The notes beneath the pieces were generated by a model. That model saw nothing but the letters and a program-made list of their open reading frames with translations, ran no database searches and was not told the DNA's origin. A program made the translations under genes and the position numbers. This document shows, piece by piece, positions 19,030 to 24,769 of a stretch of DNA of 24,769 nt. The stretch is from Verrucomicrobiaceae bacterium (GTDB lineage Bacteria > Verrucomicrobiota > Verrucomicrobiia > Verrucomicrobiales > Verrucomicrobiaceae): assembly GCA_044340175.1 (NCBI GenBank), contig JBIIUD010000001.1:1-24769 (forward strand), read 5' to 3'. Every line of letters begins with the position of its first letter. Position 1 is the stretch's first letter.

Positions 19030-19085
19030 GTGAGTGATGTGTGACCAGTGTTAGAGAGGATCCGCCTTTTTCAAGTCGGGCAAAG

Positions 19086-19113
19086 AGGCTAGCACAGAAG
19101 TCACAGAGTGCAA
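19086..19113 (-). promoter_or_regulatory. Possible sigma70-type promoter for leuC
   Basis: The minus strand reads TTGCAC-16 nt-TAGCCT with a TGn extension before the -10. Confidence 0.3.
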
Positions 19114-19120
19114 ATGCCCG

Positions 19121-20272
19121 TCATCCCTCTCTGTCATCCAGCCCGTACAGTGCCCGCACCAGCCCCAAAGCCTTCTCCCCCGGCAGCACCCCCAGTTCCA
19201 TCTGATTCATCACATAGGCAAACGCTACCCCGTGCTCCGGATCTGCAAACGCCAGACTGCCGCCCGCTCCCGGGTGCCCAAAGGCCCGCAAAGAGGGCCC
19301 GAAGAGGGGCTGGAGTTTTTTCCCGGTGCCCACCGCCACCGCATCCTTCATCATCCCCGCGCTGAAGGCCACTTGGCGGCAGATCACCTCATCCACCCGG
19401 TCCGTCGCCGCCTTCTCAAAGACCGCCGTGTCCAGCTTTCCCGCCGCCAGCTCCGCATACAGCCGCCCCAGACCCTGAGCCGATCCCACACCGCCCATCG
19501 CTGGGTAACCTGCCCGCCACGTCTCAGATCGATTGAAATCCGCCACCGCATTCAACCCCACCGGACTCTGAAACGCTCGCAATGTCACCGAACCCGGTGT
19601 TTGAAACGCCTTCATGAAAGCATCTGCCTTCAGCGCCTCCGTCATCCGCCCCGGGTAAAGCGTCGCCACTCTCTGGTCTTCGGATTCCGGCAAACCAATC
19701 CAAAAATCCGCGCCAGCGGGCCGCCTCAGGCGACTCTCAAAAAACTCGCCCAGAGTAGCCGCCCCGGTCACGCGTCGCACGACTTCATCCATCAAGAACC
19801 CAAACGTCCTTGCCTGATACGCCTGCGTTTCCCCAGGCCCACCGAGCGGCACCTGGCGTTCCAGTGCCCGCACCACCGCCGCATGGTCCAGGACCGACAC
19901 CTTTTCATCCAGCACGGCCAAACCCGCCGTGTGAGAAAGCACATCGATCAGCCGCACCGCTTCCTTGCCCCCTTGTTCAAAATCTGGCCACACGTCCACC
20001 ACAGGTCGCTCCAGACTCACCCCGGCCTCCCGCAGGGCCGTCACACAAGCCCAGGCCGCCAAGCCCTTGGTGCAGGACCACACCGGCACCAGCGTCGCCA
20101 CCGTCCACGGCTCCTGGCCCTCCCGCGTCAGCGTCCCCCCGGCCAGACTCAGCACCTCGACCCCATCCTTCCAGACACTGACCGCCGCCCCGAGCTCCCC
20201 CCGATCACGGAAATTCCCCTCAAACCACTGCCCCACCGCCTCCAGCCTCTCTGACGAACAAATTTCAACCAT
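19121..20272 (-). CDS. Serine hydrolase, beta-lactamase/family VIII esterase-like
   Basis: WSCTKG (SxxK), LSHTAGL, YQARTFG (catalytic Tyr) and FGHPGAGGSLAFADP. No signal peptide is evident. Confidence 0.92.
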   Translation of the reverse strand: MVEICSSERLEAVGQWFEGNFRDRGELGAAVSVWKDGVEVLSLAGGTLTREGQEPWTVATLVPVWSCTKGLAAWACVTALREAGVSLERPVVDVWPDFEQGGKEAVRLIDVLSHTAGLAVLDEKVSVLDHAAVVRALERQVPLGGPGETQAYQARTFGFLMDEVVRRVTGAATLGEFFESRLRRPAGADFWIGLPESEDQRVATLYPGRMTEALKADAFMKAFQTPGSVTLRAFQSPVGLNAVADFNRSETWRAGYPAMGGVGSAQGLGRLYAELAAGKLDTAVFEKAATDRVDEVICRQVAFSAGMMKDAVAVGTGKKLQPLFGPSLRAFGHPGAGGSLAFADPEHGVAFAYVMNQMELGVLPGEKALGLVRALYGLDDREG

Positions 20273-20354
20273 CCCACCAGTAAATCCAAACCCATCCGTA
20301 GCGCAACTTCACCCTTACGCCCCTCGAATGACAAATAGGCAACGTTGAACCGGA

Positions 20355-20834
20355 CTAAAGCTTCTGCAGCGCTGGCCGTAACACATCCAAATCTGGATCC
20401 TTCCGCGCTACGGCGCGCAGGCTGCCGTCCATCTCGAACGATTGCCGCAGCAGCTTCAGTGCCTTCTCCATGTCTCCCAAGCACGCGTGATAGCAGCCCA
20501 TGTTATAGTAGAACACCGGCTTCGAACGCAGGGCTGTCGGCCCCCGGCTCAGCATGTCCACGGCCTCATCCGTCCGGCCCAATTCATGCAGGCAGAAGGC
20601 GGCGTGGATGAACCCCCCTGGCTCTTCAGGCTCCATTTCACAAAGCCGAAGCGTCAGAGCCAGAGCATCCGCCCAGCGACTTTCCGCCATCAGGCAAAGC
20701 AACAGGATTTCCTGCACATCCACCCGCTCCATCGCCGCCTCACTCAGCCCCGCCAGTTCCGCACGCGCTTCTGTGTAGAGCGCGAGTTCGACGTAACCCT
20801 GTGCGGCTAGGATTCTGCGTTCAGTTTCGGTCAT
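20355..20834 (-). CDS. Tetratricopeptide repeat protein
   Basis: From the ATG at 20834: AQGYVELALY..A, HAAFCLHELG, YYNMGCYHACLG..KAL..L and A..DPDL. The track's upstream extension overlaps the divergent gene and is unlikely. Confidence 0.85.
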   Translation of the reverse strand: MTETERRILAAQGYVELALYTEARAELAGLSEAAMERVDVQEILLLCLMAESRWADALALTLRLCEMEPEEPGGFIHAAFCLHELGRTDEAVDMLSRGPTALRSKPVFYYNMGCYHACLGDMEKALKLLRQSFEMDGSLRAVARKDPDLDVLRPALQKL

Positions 20835-20928
20835 CGTGAAAAAAAGAAGACGCAATTCTTGCGCCAGAACTCCGACTCCTGTCGAAGTTCCATTTGCGCC
20901 CTCCCCAATGAGAACGTAAATCCGCGCC

Positions 20929-21858
20929 GTGAACAAGGCTTTTGTTTTGGGCGCAGGCCTCGGGGAGCGCCTCCGCCCGCTGACCGACCAGTTACCCAAA
21001 CCCCTCATCCCTTTCTATCATCGGCCCCTCATCTGCGCCGCCTTTGACCATGTCATCTCCGCAGGAGCACGTGACATCGTCATCAATACCCACCATCTCC
21101 CGCACGCCTACGCCGAGGCTTTCCCCACGTCACTCCATCAGGACATCCCGCTGCACTTTCGCAACGAGGCCCCTGAACGCCTCGAAACAGCGGGCGGCAT
21201 CGCCAATGTGCGCGATCTTTTGGACGGCCCCGAACCCTTCATCGTTTACAATGGGGACATCCTCACGGACCTCCCGCTCGAGCCGCTGATCGCCCACCAT
21301 CACGACACTGGAAACCTTGTCACCCTCGCCCTGCGCAACACCGGCCCCGCCCTGCACATCGCCATTGATCCCGCCTCGGGTGGGCTCATCGACATCCACA
21401 ATAGGCTCGGCACAGGACACCCTGGCAGCCACCTTTTCACCGGCATCTACATGGTCAGCCCTGCCTTTTTCGATTGGCTGACCCCTGGCAAAAAAGAGTC
21501 GGTCATTCCCATCTTCCTGAAACTGATCGAAAGCGGGCACCGCATCGGTGGGCTCGTGCTTGATGAAGGCAGTTGGTGGGATCTCGGAAACCGCACCACC
21601 TACCTGGACGCCCATCTGGCCCGGTCGGGCACTGCGCTCGGCCAAACCGCCATCCACCCGCTCGCTCAGGTTCATCCCAGCGCCACTCTACTGGGCCAAA
21701 ACATCATCGGCCCGCATGCAATCGTCGAGGCCGGTGCTGTTTTACAGGACAGCCTGCTTTGGCCTCATGCCTACGTCCAGGCCGGAGCCCACCTCAACCG
21801 CACCATTGTGCGCTCCCGCATCACCGCCTCCGGCTCCCATGAAAACGCCGATCTTTAG
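20929..21858 (+). CDS. Sugar-phosphate nucleotidyltransferase, MurU-like, with a C-terminal LbH tail
   Basis: LGAGLGERLRPLT..LPKPL, LETAGGI, PFIVYNGDIL and WWDLG motifs; GTG start; adjacent to an AmgK-like kinase. Confidence 0.88.
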   Translation: MNKAFVLGAGLGERLRPLTDQLPKPLIPFYHRPLICAAFDHVISAGARDIVINTHHLPHAYAEAFPTSLHQDIPLHFRNEAPERLETAGGIANVRDLLDGPEPFIVYNGDILTDLPLEPLIAHHHDTGNLVTLALRNTGPALHIAIDPASGGLIDIHNRLGTGHPGSHLFTGIYMVSPAFFDWLTPGKKESVIPIFLKLIESGHRIGGLVLDEGSWWDLGNRTTYLDAHLARSGTALGQTAIHPLAQVHPSATLLGQNIIGPHAIVEAGAVLQDSLLWPHAYVQAGAHLNRTIVRSRITASGSHENADL

Positions 21859-21900
21859 ACTCGTTTTCCTGCCCAGCGCCCCTCATTATCCTCGAAACTC

Positions 21901-22896
21901 ATGCCGCCCGAACACGAAGCCCTGCTCATTCTCACCTGCCAGAAGTTTCCCAAACTGACGGGCCTGCCCTGTGAATTTGAGCCCATCCTCAAAGGCGGCT
22001 CAGACCGGCATTACTACCGCCTCTCCTGGCCAGGCTCTGACCAGTTTCCCATGATCCTCATGGTCTATACCCACGCGCGGCGGGACAACCCCAAATTTGC
22101 GCCCGCCACCCGCCGCCTCACTGCCCTCGGCGTTCATGTCCCCACGATTTTTCTCCATGACGCCGATCGCCTCTGCATCTGGCTTCAAGATCTCGGTCGA
22201 GATGATCTCCACGCTCACCGAGACGAACCCTGGGAAATCCTCCGCGCCCGCTACCAAGCCACCCTCCAAGAAGTCGCGAAAATTCACGCCATCACGGAAG
22301 TGGGCCTCACCGCTCAAGACCGTGCCGAACTCGAGCCGCCTTTTGACGACAGCCTCTACCTCTGGGAGCAGGACTATTTCCTCGATCACTTCGTCCGCGC
22401 TCACCTCCACCGGGATTTCCCAGATGAAGGCAGCGCCGCCGTGGAACAAAGCCTTACCGAACTCCGCCGCCGTCTCACCAGCCTGCCCCGCTGCTTGGTC
22501 CACCGCGACTTCCAAAGTCAAAACATCCTTCTCCACGAAGACAAAGCCTGGCTCGTCGATTACCAAGGCCTCCGCCTCGGTCTCGCCGAATACGATCTCG
22601 CCTCCCTGCTTTACGATCCCTACGTCTCCCTCACTCGCTCTCAACGCGAAGAGCTGTTGCAGTATTATGCCGACCTCCGGCATCTCTCCTTCACCAAACT
22701 TCGAGAGACCTTCCTCCTCTGCGCCGCTCAGCGTCTCATGCAGGCTCTGGGGGCCTACGGAAACCTCAGCCGCAATCTGGGCAAACCCCAGTTCCTCCAG
22801 CACATCCCCACCGCCGTTGAACGCCTGAATAGCATCTGCGAGGAATCCCAACTCCTCCGACCCCTGACCGCCCTGCTCAAACCCAGGGCCGACTGA
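21901..22896 (+). CDS. APH-fold phosphotransferase, AmgK-like anomeric MurNAc/GlcNAc kinase
   Basis: GGSDRHYYR, LQDLG, HRDFQSQN (HxDxxxxN), VDYQ..G..EYDLASLLYDPY and QRLMQALGAYG motifs. Confidence 0.88.
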   Translation: MPPEHEALLILTCQKFPKLTGLPCEFEPILKGGSDRHYYRLSWPGSDQFPMILMVYTHARRDNPKFAPATRRLTALGVHVPTIFLHDADRLCIWLQDLGRDDLHAHRDEPWEILRARYQATLQEVAKIHAITEVGLTAQDRAELEPPFDDSLYLWEQDYFLDHFVRAHLHRDFPDEGSAAVEQSLTELRRRLTSLPRCLVHRDFQSQNILLHEDKAWLVDYQGLRLGLAEYDLASLLYDPYVSLTRSQREELLQYYADLRHLSFTKLRETFLLCAAQRLMQALGAYGNLSRNLGKPQFLQHIPTAVERLNSICEESQLLRPLTALLKPRAD

Positions 22897-22958
22897 TTTT
22901 CAGTTCCGATTCGTTTGCCCTTGCCAAGCCGCCCCCAAACGCTGCGTACTTCTCACGC

Positions 22959-23744
22959 ATGCGCATCTGGGACCTCCACTGTCATCTCACCGGCCTCCCC
23001 GGCCTCACCCCCGAAGAGCGGGCCACCCACCTCATTCGCTACGCGGACCGCATGGGCATCGAACGCCTCTGCGTTTACATGGGCCTGCGCTTCCTGCAAA
23101 ACCCCACCGCAGAGCAGCTCGTCCAACAGAACAATGATGTCCTGCGCGCCCGCGCCGCCTTCCCCGACCGCCTCTTTGGCTTTGTTTATTTGAGTGGCGA
23201 GCACCTTGAAACCAGCCGCGCCGAGCTCGAGCGCTGCGTCGCCAACGGCCCCATGGTCGGCGTCAAACTCTGGGTCGCTAGTCGCTGCAATGACCCAAGC
23301 TTGCACCCCCTGATCGCTCGCGCCGCCGAGTTAAAAGCCGTCATCTTCCAGCACACCTGGATCAAAACCGGCGGCAACTACCCCGGCGAATCCACCCCAG
23401 ATGACCTCGTCGCCCTCGCCCAACATTTCCCCGACGTCCCTCTCATCTGCGGCCACACCGGCGGCAACTGGCACCTCGGCCTACGAGCCATCCAACACCA
23501 ACCGAATCTCTATGCCGACCTCGCCGGCAGCGATCCCACCGCCGGCTTCACCGAAGCCGCCGTCGCCGCCCTCGGCCCCGACCGCGTCCTCTACGGCAGC
23601 GATGCCCCCGGCCGCAGCTTCTCCAGCCAGCTCGCCAAAGTCCACGGCGCCGACCTCCCACCCGCCATCAAACAAAAGATCTTCCACACCAACCTCCACC
23701 GCCTCCTCACCCCCATCCTCCAAGCCAAAGGCATCAGCCCCTAG
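22959..23744 (+). CDS. Amidohydrolase_2 family metal-dependent hydrolase
   Basis: DLHCH, GVKL, QHTW, CGHTGG and YGSDAP: a full set of putative metal ligands. Confidence 0.9.
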   Translation: MRIWDLHCHLTGLPGLTPEERATHLIRYADRMGIERLCVYMGLRFLQNPTAEQLVQQNNDVLRARAAFPDRLFGFVYLSGEHLETSRAELERCVANGPMVGVKLWVASRCNDPSLHPLIARAAELKAVIFQHTWIKTGGNYPGESTPDDLVALAQHFPDVPLICGHTGGNWHLGLRAIQHQPNLYADLAGSDPTAGFTEAAVAALGPDRVLYGSDAPGRSFSSQLAKVHGADLPPAIKQKIFHTNLHRLLTPILQAKGISP

Positions 23745-23772
23745 CATCCATCAAGCCCCAAGCTAGCCGACC

Positions 23773-23875
23773 CACTGACCTCACTGACCTCACTGACCTC
23801 ACTGACCTCACTGACCTCACTGACCACTGACCACTGACCACTGATTACTGATTACTCCACTGATCACTGATTACC
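23773..23875 (+). repeat. Compound short tandem repeat: (CACTGACCT)x5 followed by about 7 heptamers YACTGAY
   Basis: Five perfect 9-mers at 23773-23817, three CACTGAC at 23818-23838, then CACTGAT, TACTGAT, TACTC, CACTGAT, CACTGAT and TACC. Confidence 0.95.
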
Positions 23876-23887
23876 AAAAACACCCCC

Positions 23888-24730
23888 ATGCCCACCCGCC
23901 GCTCCTTTCTCACCCAAGCCGCAGGTCTCACCACCGCCCCCCTGATCGCCCTCGGTAGCACCCCGCCCTCCGCCACCGATGTCACCTTCACCGACGTCAA
24001 CATCCACCTGCACCGCTGGCCCCACCACCGCCTGCCGCACGACGATTCACCCGCTCTTGCCGAGCACCTGCAGATCAACGGCGTCACCCAGGCCTGGGTC
24101 GGCAGCTACGACGCCCTGCTTCAACAGGATCTCACCTCCGTCAACGCTCGTCTCGCCGCCGACTGCGCCAACACCGCCCCCGACCTTTTCCTTCCCATCG
24201 GCACCCTCAGTCCGCTCCATCCCCGCTGGCAGGACGACCTCAAACGCTGTCAGCAAACCCATGGCATGAAAGCCCTGCGCCTCTACCCTGGCTTTCATCA
24301 CTACACCCTCGCTGACCCCGCCTTCCGCCAACTCGTCGAAGCCGCCGCCGCGGCCAAGCTCCCTCTTCAAATCGTCTCTCAACTCGAAGATGCCCGCACC
24401 CAGCACACCGCCCTACAAACCCCCGCCGTCGATCTCAAACCGCTCCCTGCTCTTCTCAAAGACATCCCCGAAGCCCGCATCATGGTCCTCAACGCCAGTG
24501 CCGCCATGATTCACACGGCCCTTCAACCCGCTGAAAATCTCTGGATCGACATCGCCAAACTCGAAGGCTGCGGCGTCCTCGAAACACTCCTGCAAACCTG
24601 GCCAGCCCAGCAACTCGCCTTCGGTTCCAATGCCCCCTTCTTCTACTGGCAGGCCGCCAAGCTCAAACTTCAAGAGTCTGCTCTGACCCCAGCCCAGATC
24701 CACACCCTGACCCGCCCGTCTTTTCTGTGA
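23888..24730 (+). CDS. Amidohydrolase_2-like protein with a Tat signal and degenerate metal site
   Basis: TRRSFL Tat motif; DVNIH, LRLYPGFHHY and FGSNAP. TIM-barrel amidohydrolase pattern with substituted ligands. Confidence 0.82.
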   Translation: MPTRRSFLTQAAGLTTAPLIALGSTPPSATDVTFTDVNIHLHRWPHHRLPHDDSPALAEHLQINGVTQAWVGSYDALLQQDLTSVNARLAADCANTAPDLFLPIGTLSPLHPRWQDDLKRCQQTHGMKALRLYPGFHHYTLADPAFRQLVEAAAAAKLPLQIVSQLEDARTQHTALQTPAVDLKPLPALLKDIPEARIMVLNASAAMIHTALQPAENLWIDIAKLEGCGVLETLLQTWPAQQLAFGSNAPFFYWQAAKLKLQESALTPAQIHTLTRPSFL

Positions 24731-24769
24731 GCCACCCCGGTTCGGCCCTCCTCAACGGCCACTCCGTCT

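Noticed and set aside
19121-20272. Serine hydrolase as a true beta-lactamase resistance gene
   Set aside because: No signal peptide, and the motifs fit cytoplasmic family VIII esterases; SxxK alone does not show resistance.
20835-22958. -10-like hexamers 6-8 nt before the murU-like, amgK-like and amidohydrolase starts (leaderless mRNA idea)
   Set aside because: The matches are too degenerate to support without TSS data.
23773-23875. Repeat array as a possible CRISPR
   Set aside because: The units are 7-9 nt and contiguous with no spacers, and no cas genes are present.

Overview
Bacterial window, most likely Verrucomicrobiota (inferred from the PVC-type CxxCH protein and the family mix; not verified by a search). 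From left to right: a partial PVC-type heme-binding dehydrogenase-like gene and a Tat-exported alkaline phosphatase (both minus strand); two tandem uncharacterised paralogs with a ribbon-helix-helix-like N-terminus; a cell-envelope glycosylation cassette (three GT-C-type membrane proteins, DegT aminotransferase, ArnC/GtrB-like GT2, WxcM-like acetyltransferase/ketoisomerase), most of it in one tight minus-strand run that begins with corA; a secreted low-complexity protein; a CE15 esterase; a REP-like hairpin doublet; leuC without an adjacent leuD; a serine hydrolase; a TPR protein; a MurU-like/AmgK-like pair; and two amidohydrolases separated by a compound 9-mer/7-mer tandem repeat. No rRNA, tRNA, CRISPR array, transposase or integrase was recognised. 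The best candidate for an undescribed system is an Arn/Gtr-like lipid-carrier pathway for a 3-amino-3,6-dideoxyhexose with three GT-C transferases, linked to Mg2+ uptake and preceded by twin putative regulators. All family calls come from motif recognition by eye.
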